Source: Candidatus Latescibacterota bacterium
GTDB taxonomy: Bacteria; Latescibacterota; UBA2968; GCA-2709665
Assembly (NCBI GenBank): GCA_965219995.1
Contig: CBDCOX010000002.1
Span: forward strand, 1,792,001-1,856,000
DNA length: 64,000 nt
Reading direction: 5' to 3'
Part shown: positions 9,550 to 18,795 of the stretch, piece after piece
Numbering within the stretch: the first letter of the stretch is position 1
Layout: each line of letters opens with the position of its first letter
Notes under the pieces: generated by a model
Database searches by the model: none
Seen by the model: only the letters and a program-made list of their open reading frames with translations
Told to the model about the DNA's origin: nothing
Made by a program: the position numbers and the translations under genes

Positions 9550-10431
9550 TCAGTCCGCCCGAACCACCCAATCCTCGAATTCCAAGCCTTCGGACAATTG
9601 CCAGGCCGTAAGGTAAAGCGACGCGGTAAACTTCACCGCCTCCCGCGCACGTTCCATGCCGAAGGCCACCACATCGGGAACCGGCGTCCACTCGCCCTCT
9701 CCCGCGGGCGGCATTCGGTCCGCCAGGCCATACACCGCGTCGATCAACGACCTGCTGTCTTCGATCTGCACAGCAATGCCGGCCATCAGGCTGTCCAGCA
9801 CGACCGGCTCCTGACCCGACTCCAGGTCGCCGGGCGCCGGGTCAAGCCTTCGGATCAGATCGTCCACTCTGTAGTGGATTCCCTTGGATTGAAGGGAGCC
9901 GTCCGACCCGGGCCGGCCGTCGAAGTGCATTGTCACGTGCAGCGGCTGGCACAGGTCCTGGGCGTAATTGGCGATAAAACCCGCGTACATCAAACACTTC
10001 CGCCGGATATATGGGTTTGCCGGCCAGCGACGATGCTCGGCAAACGCCACCGCCAGCCTCTGCGTCCATTCCGCCACCGAATACGGCAGAAAGCCCACTT
10101 TGTCTGGCGCGATGCCCTGGCTTGCGCACAATCTAATAAACTCATTCCGATCGACCGGCAGCGTGGCGTCCTTCAGTCGTTCAGGATTAAAATAGTGTTC
10201 GGGACCTTCGGCACGGCGCAATATCGGTGTTCCGCGATTCTTGGCCAGGTCCGGGTCCCACACATAGTGGGCGATCGCGTCGCCACCCGCCAGGAAGAAG
10301 CCGGGCATCCGGTCCGGAAGCGAGGCTACGGCCGCTTTGCTCACGATACCATGCCCGCGGACCCACCAGCCGTTGGCCGGGCTGGCCTGTAAAACGATCA
10401 GAATCAGAACACCTGGCCATCTTGCCATCAC
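9550..10431 (-). CDS. Secreted S1/P1 nuclease / zinc phospholipase C-like protein
   Basis: Signal peptide then W-W-x-x-G-H; PD, EHY, DLCQPLH and GIHYRVD zinc-ligand pattern. Confidence 0.75.
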   Translation of the reverse strand: MMARWPGVLILIVLQASPANGWWVRGHGIVSKAAVASLPDRMPGFFLAGGDAIAHYVWDPDLAKNRGTPILRRAEGPEHYFNPERLKDATLPVDRNEFIRLCASQGIAPDKVGFLPYSVAEWTQRLAVAFAEHRRWPANPYIRRKCLMYAGFIANYAQDLCQPLHVTMHFDGRPGSDGSLQSKGIHYRVDDLIRRLDPAPGDLESGQEPVVLDSLMAGIAVQIEDSRSLIDAVYGLADRMPPAGEGEWTPVPDVVAFGMERAREAVKFTASLYLTAWQLSEGLEFEDWVVRAD

Positions 10432-10535
10432 ACACCCCGTTTCGCTGCTGCATCACTGCGTACGCCTTTGGCAATCAGACAATCGGACATCTGAATCCGA
10501 AGGTACATCGGCAGGGCTTCTTTGTCAACGTCAGG

Positions 10536-10571
10536 AAAAGAAGCGGAGGCCCCGTGCGAGACCTCCGCTTC
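10536..10571 (-). terminator. Intrinsic terminator after tRNA-Sec
   Basis: GAAGCGGAGG...CCTCCGCTTC followed by TTTT on the minus strand. Confidence 0.75.
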
Positions 10572-10577
10572 CGATTG

Positions 10578-10675
10578 TGGCGGGAATGTGTGGGAATCGA
10601 ACCCACCCAGCGTGTGATTAGCACGCCGCAACGGGTTTGAAGCCCGCGAGGGCCACCAGTGCCCCATCCACTCCC
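10578..10675 (-). tRNA. selC: tRNA-Sec (anticodon UCA)
   Basis: 98 nt, GGGAGTGG...GCGGGCTTCAAACCCGT, long variable arm, GGTTCGATTCC T-loop, GCCA end; directly downstream of selB. Confidence 0.96.
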
Positions 10676-10807
10676 GCACGAAAAGCAGGCTGCCGGCAGT
10701 CGCGGCATCCTGATGTGTTGTTCGTTAAAGCCGGTGCCAACAATCGAAATCCTGTCAAAGACTCCGGGGGCGCCAGGCGACTCGTTCCCGGATTCGGACG
10801 TCAGCGT

Positions 10808-12706
10808 TTACCCGGCGAGCACCCTGACGTCACCCTTCCTCACAGTGACGCCTTTATTGTCGAAATAGTTCAACAGTGGAACGGCATATTTTCGCGTGGT
10901 GTCAACCAGATCCCGAAACGCCGAAACACTCAATTCCCGGTTCCGGTGAAGGTATCCAAGGAGCTTCTGTTCGATCTCGTCCATCGTGCGCGGAGGAAAC
11001 ATCAGATTCTCGTCGAGCCTGACAATCTCCCCCATCGCCTGCATCGCGGCCGCAACAGCGTAAATTTCCCCGGCATCCTCTGTCAGATGCGCGCCGATCT
11101 CGGTCAGATCGGGCGGGGCCGCCTGCCCTGCCTGGAGAAGCTCCAGAATCTCCTGTCTGATCCGGCGCTGTTCCCCCGAAAAGCGGATCCGGTGATCGTC
11201 CATGCGCAGGAGGGGGCCCGCGGCGACCAACACTTTCTGAGCGAGCAGATGTTCGACGGCATGCTCAAACGACCATGGCGGAGGCACGGGCGCCACCCGC
11301 CGCCGAAGTTCGCTGCGCGAAACTCCCGCTTTCAGTGGATTGGACCGGTGGAAGCCAGACAACGCGTCCCCGATTAACTGCAGCAGCGAGTGCCACGAGT
11401 CCGTATGCACATAGACGTCCTCTCCCGCTCGGCGAAAGCCCAATGCTTCGCCTTCTCCCAGCAAAACCCTCAGGCGATCGCCTGTCTCGGAAAGAGAGAG
11501 ATCCAGCGCCGCCGCCAGGTCGCTTGCGGAAAGGGCCCGGAATCCCGCCGATTTGAGACGCAGGCTCATTACCCGGGTCGGATCCTCCGCCTCAAATTCG
11601 CGCAGTCTCTCCAGCGTGTCTGCACGCAAGCGGCGATGCTTCACCGGTTGCGTATCCAGCACGACACCGCCCCCGAGTGTCTGAACGGGCGAGTAACGCC
11701 GGATCACGAATCGGTCTCCCCTGGCGGCCACGCCGCGGCCTTCAAGGCGGAACTGTACCAGCTGGGACTCGCCGGGCTGCAGTTCGTCTGCTTCCAGAAG
11801 AATCACTCGCGCCAGCACGTCGCGAGGTCCGAGGTGAAGATGCACACGTGCGCGGTTTTTCAGTGTCACAGGGGCATCCTTCAGCAGCCGCAGGCGTGCG
11901 TCGAGCATATAAGTGGAACTGAAATAGCCCTGCTGCGCCAGCAGATCGCCCCGCGTCACGTGGTCCACTTCCACGTCGGCCAGATTGACCGCCGCGCGAT
12001 GGCCGACGCGGGCCGTATCCACGTCTCTGCCATGCACCTGCACGCCGCGCACCCGTACGGGCCGTTCGGCCGGCTGAAGCATCACCAGGTCTTTCACGCC
12101 TACCTGGCCGGACAGCACGGTACCGGTCACGACCGTGCCGAATCCCCGGACCGAGAAGACCCGGTCCACGGGCAGCCGGAACACCCCGCCATCCGGGCGT
12201 TCCCGAACCTTCCCGACTTCCTCCTCCAGCAATGTCCGAAGCGTATCTATCCCCTCCCCGGTCACCGCGGACACCGGCACGACCGGCGCGCCGTCCAGGA
12301 ACGTGCCTTCAAAGAGGTCGCGCAGATCCTCCTCCACCAGGTCCGCCCAATCCTTTTCCACCAGGTCCACCTTGTTGAGCGCCACGACACCCTGTCGTAC
12401 GCCCAGGAGGTTCAGGATGCCCAGATGTTCGCGTGTCTGGGGCATGGCCCCGTCGTCCGCCGCGACCACAAACAGCGCGAGGTCCACCGTACATACGCCC
12501 GTCACCATATTCTTCACGAACCGTTCGTGACCGGGCACGTCTATTATCGTGACATGATCCTTCCAGTATGCAAATCCGATATCGATCGTGACCCCGCGGT
12601 CCTTCTCTTGCGGGAGCGTATCGGTATCGATGCCCGTAAGCGCCCTGATCAGCGCGGTCTTGCCATGGTCGATATGACCTGCCGTGCCGATGATCACGTG
12701 TGACAT
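10808..12706 (-). CDS. selB: Selenocysteine-specific elongation factor
   Basis: [24 protein letters not shown]-terminal winged helix [14 protein letters not shown]. Confidence 0.97.
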   Translation of the reverse strand: MSHVIIGTAGHIDHGKTALIRALTGIDTDTLPQEKDRGVTIDIGFAYWKDHVTIIDVPGHERFVKNMVTGVCTVDLALFVVAADDGAMPQTREHLGILNLLGVRQGVVALNKVDLVEKDWADLVEEDLRDLFEGTFLDGAPVVPVSAVTGEGIDTLRTLLEEEVGKVRERPDGGVFRLPVDRVFSVRGFGTVVTGTVLSGQVGVKDLVMLQPAERPVRVRGVQVHGRDVDTARVGHRAAVNLADVEVDHVTRGDLLAQQGYFSSTYMLDARLRLLKDAPVTLKNRARVHLHLGPRDVLARVILLEADELQPGESQLVQFRLEGRGVAARGDRFVIRRYSPVQTLGGGVVLDTQPVKHRRLRADTLERLREFEAEDPTRVMSLRLKSAGFRALSASDLAAALDLSLSETGDRLRVLLGEGEALGFRRAGEDVYVHTDSWHSLLQLIGDALSGFHRSNPLKAGVSRSELRRRVAPVPPPWSFEHAVEHLLAQKVLVAAGPLLRMDDHRIRFSGEQRRIRQEILELLQAGQAAPPDLTEIGAHLTEDAGEIYAVAAAMQAMGEIVRLDENLMFPPRTMDEIEQKLLGYLHRNRELSVSAFRDLVDTTRKYAVPLLNYFDNKGVTVRKGDVRVLAG

Positions 12707-14121
12707 GATACTGGCTCCGCGCCATCCCCCACCGCGCGGCGAAGCGCGGCCTCAACGTGACGCAACTCGTCTGCGGCCACCGTACGCAAATCAAGAAACA
12801 GACAATCGTCCCGCACATATCCGATGACCGGCGGGTCGTTCGCGCGCAAACGCGCCGCCAGGCCGGTTACGGAACCACCGATGCGGGTGACGCGTAGCGC
12901 CGCGCTGGGGATCTCCTCCAGCGGCATGGCGCCGCTTCCGGTCTGGGCGGCTGAATCCACCAGTTCAATTCGCAAGTCCCTCAGCTGGCCCAGCCGGGAC
13001 AGGCTCCGCCGGCCCCGACGCTTCAGCGACGCCACGGGCGCGGTCAGCATCGCAAGCGTGGGGTGCGCCCGCAGTAAATCCTTCGGGTTCAGGAAGAGTC
13101 TCAGCGTGGCGGCCAGCGCGGCGTACGTCATTTTCCCGCACCGCAGCGCCCGCATGAGCGGGTTCCCGCGGATCTTCTCAATGGCGTCTCGCCTGCCCAC
13201 CAGAATTCCCGCCTGGGGGCCCCCCAACACCTTGTCGGCGCTGAAGGTTACCACGTCGGCGCCCGCCGCGACGCTGTCCGATACCAGGGGCTCGTGGGGC
13301 AGACCGAACGCACCCATGTCCACCAGAGCCCCACCGCCCAGGTCGTGGATCACGGCCACGCCGCGCCGGGTGCCCAGCGCAACCAGGTCCGCCAGTGAAA
13401 CCGCGGCCGTAAAGCCCATGACCTTGTAATTGCTCGGGTGCACCGCCAGCATCAGACCGGCGCGATCGGTCAGGGCCGCCTCGAAGTCCCGCAGATGGGT
13501 CCGGTTTGTCGTGCCGACCTCGACCATCGCCGCGCCGCTGCGCGCCATGATTTCCGGAATGCGAAAGGAACCTCCGATTTCGATCAGCTCGCCACGCGAG
13601 ACCAGCGCTTCCTTTCCCAGGCACAGCGTATTCAGGGTCAACAATACGGCGGCGGCGTTGTTGTTGACCACGGCTGCCGCATCGGCGCCCGTCAGCGCGC
13701 ACAACAGTTCCTCAACCAGCGCGGTTCGGGACCCGCGCCTGCCGCTTTCGAGGTCCACCTCCAGATTGCTGTAGCCCGCGGCAACGCCGGCCACCGCCCG
13801 GACCGCCGCGTTCGCCAGCGGCGCGCGTCCAAGGTTCGTGTGCAGCACGATTCCCGTGGCGTTGACGACCCGCTTGAGACCGGGCGCGGTGATGCGCGCA
13901 ACGCGCAGGCCGACCTGGCGAACCACCCGCGCCAACAGCGCGTCCCGGGACTCGCCGATCGCTTCGCCGCCACGCATGGCCTCCCGGACGGCGTCGATTC
14001 CCTCGCGCACGAAACGTGCGACCAGCGGCCGTTCGCAACGTTCGCAAAGCGCACGTACGTTGGGCTCCCCCAGCACCGTGTCGACCGAAGGTATCCGTGA
14101 AAAGTCGGCCTGTTCCGTCAT
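12694..14121 (-). CDS. selA: L-seryl-tRNA(Sec) selenium transferase
   Basis: NATGIVLHTNLGRA, VVNNNAAA, SRGELIEIGGSFRIP, FSADKVLGGPQAG. Confidence 0.97.
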   Translation of the reverse strand: MTEQADFSRIPSVDTVLGEPNVRALCERCERPLVARFVREGIDAVREAMRGGEAIGESRDALLARVVRQVGLRVARITAPGLKRVVNATGIVLHTNLGRAPLANAAVRAVAGVAAGYSNLEVDLESGRRGSRTALVEELLCALTGADAAAVVNNNAAAVLLTLNTLCLGKEALVSRGELIEIGGSFRIPEIMARSGAAMVEVGTTNRTHLRDFEAALTDRAGLMLAVHPSNYKVMGFTAAVSLADLVALGTRRGVAVIHDLGGGALVDMGAFGLPHEPLVSDSVAAGADVVTFSADKVLGGPQAGILVGRRDAIEKIRGNPLMRALRCGKMTYAALAATLRLFLNPKDLLRAHPTLAMLTAPVASLKRRGRRSLSRLGQLRDLRIELVDSAAQTGSGAMPLEEIPSAALRVTRIGGSVTGLAARLRANDPPVIGYVRDDCLFLDLRTVAADELRHVEAALRRAVGDGAEPVSCHT

Positions 14122-14210
14122 GTTGCTCCCGGCAATGGGCGCGACTGACGATGCCCGTCGCGGAAAATCACTTGGGCGGAATAGATTACTGTACGCCGGG
14201 CCCGTTGATG

Positions 14211-16433
14211 TCAGGGCACGATCCTGAACGAAATGTCCTTCGAGGTGCGTTCATCCGCCAACAGGTCCGTAACGGTCACCCTGACCAGCTGCCCGCCCTC
14301 CTGAGTTTCGGTAAGGTCCAGTTCGACGTAGGCCACTTCGTCAGGCCGGCTGCCGGCCTGATCGTAAGCGATGACGACTTCCTGGTCTTTTTCAGACAGC
14401 CGGAAGACCCTGCCCAGTCCGTGCAGCACCTTCGCCGGAAGCGCTCGTTTCCGTTGCGACCGAAGCGTGTATTCGACCCGATAACGCGTCTGACCGAAAG
14501 CATCCTGCTTCAGGTTGTAGATTTCGAAATAGACAAACGCGTTCTGGTGGCTCCGAAATGCCAGGGACGACATCGGAACGACCTTGAGGCCGTTCTTCAC
14601 ATAATCTCCCGATGGCTCGTCGGTGGGTTCCGTTGCGAAGGCCAGTTCGATATCGCTGATCAGCAGTCCGGTTGGACCGTGATAGTCCTCAAGCATGACC
14701 GCCTGCTGGTAAACCTGCGACTTACCGGAAACGACGTCTCTTACCTGCAGTGCCATATGGTACGTTCCCGGCGGCAGATCCACCGGCATCACACCGGGTA
14801 TGAACGCGCCGTCCGCGACCTGCTGATCTGTGGGAGCCTTGAAGGCCATCTGGTCCACCTCCCGGTGGACTTCGTTCCACAAACTGTCGAAGACGGCCAC
14901 CCCCCGGTCGAGCAGAATCAGATCGGTTTTTTCGTCCACGTTCAACCGAACCACCTCCGATGCAGGCAGTCCGTAATAGACCTCCAGCCGCGTCCTGGAC
15001 TCCGGCCCCTTGAAGTCCGCCGGATAGTAGTAGAAGTCGATCGGCAGATCGGCAAAGTCGGGCACATAGCGCGAAGGACGCCCGGCCACGACATTCTGCA
15101 TGATCACCCCGCCCTGAAAATCGGCCAGGTGGATCCCGATATGGGGCGCCATCCGCAGCGGCAACGGGGCGTAGTCGTATCGTCGGCCCTTGAATTCCTC
15201 CGCGAAGGTGATTTCAATGCCGTCGTCTACCTGTGTATATATCCAATATTCCCATTTGGCGTTCGCTGAAACCGGAAAGATCGGCAGGCCGGGTGAAATG
15301 GCCAGGGCAATACGGGACCGGCTTACGAAGTTCACGCGCGCTTCCTGTACATCCCGGTTCCGTTCGGCCTGAATATCGTCCCACCTGCTGACGTGGTCCG
15401 GGTCCCCCAGACGGATGAAAACCTCGCCCCGCTTGTCCCAGCCGCCATCCGGCTTCGCATAGTGTTCCAGCGCGTAGGCCACCCGCCGATAATGCTCCAG
15501 CAGGCGCTCGTTTTCGGGGGTGAGGGGCGTGGGGTCTCGGCGGTTCCAGAACCGCGCCGCGAGCGCGTCCCTCTCTTCGGGGGACGCGGCCTCGTAACGC
15601 GCAAGATCCTCGTCGGCCGCCACCAGCGAAATGTCCTGAAACCTGCGCCGGTCGGCTTCCGTAAGAAACGAAAAGTAGGCATCGAACAGGGCGCTCGCCC
15701 GTTCGAAGTCCCGGTTCAAGAGGCAAATGACGGCAAGATCGCGATTGGCCGGAATCCGTGCCTCGCCGCCGGTTTTCAACACCCCGGCCAGGGTGTTGAC
15801 CGCCGCCTTGCGATCACCCAGCGAGAGCCACAGACCGGCCAGCCGGATCGCCGCCCGGGGATGCGCCGGGTTTACCTCCATCTCCCGCTGGTAGGCCGAG
15901 ATCGCCTCGTGTCGCTTACCGTCGCTTTCCAGCAGCAGTCCCACCTGAAAATGCGCGTCCGGAAATCCGGCATCGATTTCAATCACTCTCTCAAACGCTT
16001 CCCTCGCCCGGCGCCGCCGGGTTTCCAGGTAGACACTCGCCAGGTTGTACTGCGCCTCGGCCATGTCCGGGTCGGCATTCAGAGCCCTCCTGAAATACGT
16101 CCTGGCGCGCCTGAATCCCTGCTTCGAAGCCATGTACGCCAATCCCAACCCGTTGTACCCGGCTGCCTTCGCGCCCTTCTTTATGGCCTTCCTGAACGCC
16201 TCTTTGGCAGCTTTCAGATTGCCGGCATCCAGGTAGGCCACACCGAGAAGGACGTGATCCCCGGCTGTTGCCGCTCCCGCGTCGATCACCCGCTTCAGGG
16301 CGGCAATGTCAGGTTCCGGACGGCCCCGGTCAACGCCTGCATCCGACGCGGTCCGACTCGAATCCGCCGGCGTCGCTGCCGCCGCCCATGCGGACGCCAC
16401 AATCGAAACAGAAAGGGCGATCATCCATGCCAT
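14211..16433 (-). CDS. Secreted TPR + GWxTD-domain protein
   Basis: Signal peptide at 16433; TPR repeats; FWNRRDPTP..NERLLEHYRRV..GWDKRGEVFIRLGDPD; C-terminal Ig-like domain. Confidence 0.82.
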   Translation of the reverse strand: MAWMIALSVSIVASAWAAAATPADSSRTASDAGVDRGRPEPDIAALKRVIDAGAATAGDHVLLGVAYLDAGNLKAAKEAFRKAIKKGAKAAGYNGLGLAYMASKQGFRRARTYFRRALNADPDMAEAQYNLASVYLETRRRRAREAFERVIEIDAGFPDAHFQVGLLLESDGKRHEAISAYQREMEVNPAHPRAAIRLAGLWLSLGDRKAAVNTLAGVLKTGGEARIPANRDLAVICLLNRDFERASALFDAYFSFLTEADRRRFQDISLVAADEDLARYEAASPEERDALAARFWNRRDPTPLTPENERLLEHYRRVAYALEHYAKPDGGWDKRGEVFIRLGDPDHVSRWDDIQAERNRDVQEARVNFVSRSRIALAISPGLPIFPVSANAKWEYWIYTQVDDGIEITFAEEFKGRRYDYAPLPLRMAPHIGIHLADFQGGVIMQNVVAGRPSRYVPDFADLPIDFYYYPADFKGPESRTRLEVYYGLPASEVVRLNVDEKTDLILLDRGVAVFDSLWNEVHREVDQMAFKAPTDQQVADGAFIPGVMPVDLPPGTYHMALQVRDVVSGKSQVYQQAVMLEDYHGPTGLLISDIELAFATEPTDEPSGDYVKNGLKVVPMSSLAFRSHQNAFVYFEIYNLKQDAFGQTRYRVEYTLRSQRKRALPAKVLHGLGRVFRLSEKDQEVVIAYDQAGSRPDEVAYVELDLTETQEGGQLVRVTVTDLLADERTSKDISFRIVP

Positions 16434-16513
16434 GGTCGATCTTTCCGGGAAGGTTAGTACTACCGTTTCACTCGGAAAATCTATCGAATATACTCCCTGC
16501 GCGCAAAGGATTT

Positions 16514-16808
16514 CTAGTGTTCTGTCCCGGAAATAAGTTGCCTGAATTCGGCCGCGGGAAAGCAGCAATTCTCTAACGGCGGTGAGACGGGAGAGGTGAG
16601 ACGGGAGATGATGTGAGTGCCTTATGGTTTTGGTTGTCGTTACGACAAAGGTCAGAGAGACTGGCACGGTAAATGCGGAAATACTGCGGCAAGAGTCATC
16701 CTCTACCGTCTCACGTCTAACGTCTTACCGAAGTCAGTAGATCACAACGCAGCGAGACGGGATGAATCGGCGGATGAATGGTGAGGTATTTTTGGGACAG
16801 GACACGAG
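16514..16808. mobile_element. MITE-like non-autonomous element
   Basis: Imperfect terminal inverted repeats TGTTCTGTCCCGGAAATA (16518-16535) and TATTTTTGGGACAGGACA (16787-16804), flanked by CTAG and CGAG; right 61 bp recur at 32906-32966. Confidence 0.6.
16571..16730. repeat. Structured hairpin repeat, copy A
   Basis: CTAACGGCGGTGAGACG..TGAGTGCC-41 nt-GGCACGG..TCTACCGTCTCACG; homologous to copies at 24.2-25.0 kb. Confidence 0.8.
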
Positions 16809-16866
16809 GCTTGCCGCACGAGCCGGGAGTCGGGTCGCGGTGACGGGCAATCGGGACGCTTCGGCA

Positions 16867-16895
16867 TTGACAACGCACAGGGGCAGGTTTATCTT
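16867..16895 (+). promoter_or_regulatory. Putative sigma70 promoter of galU
   Basis: TTGACA-17 bp-TATCTT, 32 bp upstream of the ATG. Confidence 0.6.
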
Positions 16896-16926
16896 TCGGC
16901 CGGGTCATTCCTGAGAAGGATCCACT

Positions 16927-17853
16927 ATGCCCATCCGAAAAGTCGTCATCCCGGTCGCCGGACTCGGCACCCGTCTATTGCCCACGACGAGAGCCCTGCC
17001 AAAAGAGATGCTGCCCGTTGGCAAATACCCCGCCATACAGCATGTCGTCGAGGAGATGGCGGCCGCCAATCTGACGAAGTGTCTCTTCATTACCTCTCAC
17101 AGCAAGACGATAATCGAAAACCAGTTCGACAACAACATCGACAACTCCTCGCAGCCGGAACAGAACCACAGTTCGATCGACCCGGGGCAATTCGATTACA
17201 GCCGGCGGGGGATCGAGTTTTTCTATACCCGGCAGCAGGCGCTGCCCCCCACGGCCAGACCTCGCGGCACCGGTGCGGCGATACTCGCTGCTGAGAGTTT
17301 CGTTGAAAAAGAGCATTTCGCGGTTGCCTACGGCGATACGATCATCAATACCAGACATACACCGAATTTTCTGGCACGGATGATCGAATCTCATCTCAGA
17401 CACGGTTCCGCGTGTACCGTGGGCGTCCGTCCCGTCTCGTCCGATATGGTCGGGCATTACGGTATTGTCAAGCCCGATCCTGCAGACGATCTGAACGCGG
17501 ACAGCTTTTCCATCCGAGACCTCGTGGAGAAACCAGACGTGGGCGAAGCGCCAAGCCTGATGGCCGTAAGCGCCCGATATGTCTTCAGCCCCGACATATT
17601 CGATGAAATCCGCGGACTTACCGAGGCCTCCGGCGGCGAGCTCGGCGTTACGGATGCCATTCGCGGCCTGATCAGGCGAGGCCGGCCGGTCAGATGCGTA
17701 CGTCTGCTGCCGGACGAAACGAGGTACGACATCGGAAGCCACGAGAGTTACTACCGGGCGTTTATCGACTTTGCCCTTCAGGATCCCCAATGTGGTGACC
17801 GAATTAGGGAATATCTCGAAGCCTGCGTAAAGCACGGGAGAAAACGTCCCTGA
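16927..17853 (+). CDS. galU: UTP--glucose-1-phosphate uridylyltransferase
   Basis: KVVIPVAGLGTRLLP, PKEMLPV, LVEKP, RYDIG. Confidence 0.85.
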   Translation: MPIRKVVIPVAGLGTRLLPTTRALPKEMLPVGKYPAIQHVVEEMAAANLTKCLFITSHSKTIIENQFDNNIDNSSQPEQNHSSIDPGQFDYSRRGIEFFYTRQQALPPTARPRGTGAAILAAESFVEKEHFAVAYGDTIINTRHTPNFLARMIESHLRHGSACTVGVRPVSSDMVGHYGIVKPDPADDLNADSFSIRDLVEKPDVGEAPSLMAVSARYVFSPDIFDEIRGLTEASGGELGVTDAIRGLIRRGRPVRCVRLLPDETRYDIGSHESYYRAFIDFALQDPQCGDRIREYLEACVKHGRKRP

Positions 17854-17891
17854 TCCGACGGCAAGCCGGCGATGAAGTCCCGCGCCCGGGC

Positions 17892-17929
17892 AAAAAAAGC
17901 CCTTCGGAGCACAGAGATCCGAAGGGCTT
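17892..17929 (-). terminator. Intrinsic terminator between convergent genes
   Basis: AAGCCCTTCGGA / TCCGAAGGGCTT stem with T7 tail on the minus strand. Confidence 0.75.
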
Positions 17930-18042
17930 AACCAATCGCAGGACTGGATATTTATGGCGTCCGGAACGGATTCACACAACCGCCCGGGGGCACGGGTTCC
18001 GATCCCTCTTCCCGCACGTCCTCCTCTCCCCGAAATCCCTAT

Positions 18043-18498
18043 TCAACGCCTGTCGTCATCGTCAGTGACGAGTTTCTCGCCGTCGAATATCAACTTGCCC
18101 TTTTCGTAGATGCAGCCGGTCTCCTCCACCAGTTCGTATTTCATCAGCTGTCCGAGAGACATGTGGTTGAAGACCTCTTTCGGGTCTTTGTATTTTTCAA
18201 TCAGTTTTTCGATTGGACCTTCGAATTGGATGGCTCTGCGAACGGGCCGTTCTTTTTCGCGACGTTCCCGCTCCTCCCTGGTGAGAATAGGTAGCCGCTC
18301 GGCCGCCGGGCCGAGCCTGCTGGTATACTCCTGCCGTTGGCGAAACCGGTCGTGCCGCTTTTCGAGTTCCGACTTGTCCCCCACGTTGTCGTAATATTCC
18401 GAAACCTCGTCGGCCTTTTCCCTGAACCGCTTCTGTTCCTGATCTTTCAGTTCGTCGTTTCCCATTTTCCTCATAATATCCTTAACCGACTTGCTCAT
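18043..18498 (-). CDS. Hypothetical charged protein (151 aa)
   Basis: GGAGG RBS, own promoter and terminator, natural amino-acid composition; no family recognised. Confidence 0.7.
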   Translation of the reverse strand: MSKSVKDIMRKMGNDELKDQEQKRFREKADEVSEYYDNVGDKSELEKRHDRFRQRQEYTSRLGPAAERLPILTREERERREKERPVRRAIQFEGPIEKLIEKYKDPKEVFNHMSLGQLMKYELVEETGCIYEKGKLIFDGEKLVTDDDDRR

Positions 18499-18588
18499 TC
18501 AAACGCCTCCAGATCGTTGGGATGCCCGATCCCGCAAACGCGTTAGTTGCGGCGCGACAGGCCGTTGCAATGCAAATCCACAACAAAA

Positions 18589-18617
18589 AACATACATCGC
18601 CACCTGGGTTTTGTCAA
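18589..18617 (-). promoter_or_regulatory. Putative sigma70 promoter of the 151 aa gene
   Basis: TTGACA-17 bp-TATGTT on the minus strand. Confidence 0.55.
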
Positions 18618-18660
18618 CGGCAAAATTGGCGATGCGATCCACCCGCAATCCCGAAAAACG

Positions 18661-18689
18661 TTGACTCCCGCATGCTCCCGGCGTAGTTT
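18661..18689 (+). promoter_or_regulatory. Putative sigma70 promoter of mazG
   Basis: TTGACT-17 bp-TAGTTT. Confidence 0.5.
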
Positions 18690-18795
18690 GTCGTTTTGAG
18701 CCGACCCGTCCCGACGCCGCAGGCCGATTTGTCGGGATTCGCGAACTCCAGCTTCCCGCGCGCCGTCCCTCCGCCGCCTCTTCGAGGACGCCAGG

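Noticed and set aside
10432-10577. Genomic island integrated at selC
   Set aside because: No integrase and no duplicated tRNA 3' end seen in the window.
10588-10668. G-A mismatch at the eighth acceptor-stem pair of tRNA-Sec
   Set aside because: As I recall, such mismatches occur in other bacterial tRNA-Sec genes. The rest of the fold is normal, so this is not evidence of a novel tRNA class.
16662-16676. Sigma54-like TGGCAC-N5-ATGC motif
   Set aside because: It is part of repeat A, the -12 GC is not kept in copies B and C, and galU has a good sigma70 promoter.
17930-18042. Possible riboswitch before the terminator
   Set aside because: No aptamer consensus recognised. It lies between convergent 3' ends, so plain termination explains it.
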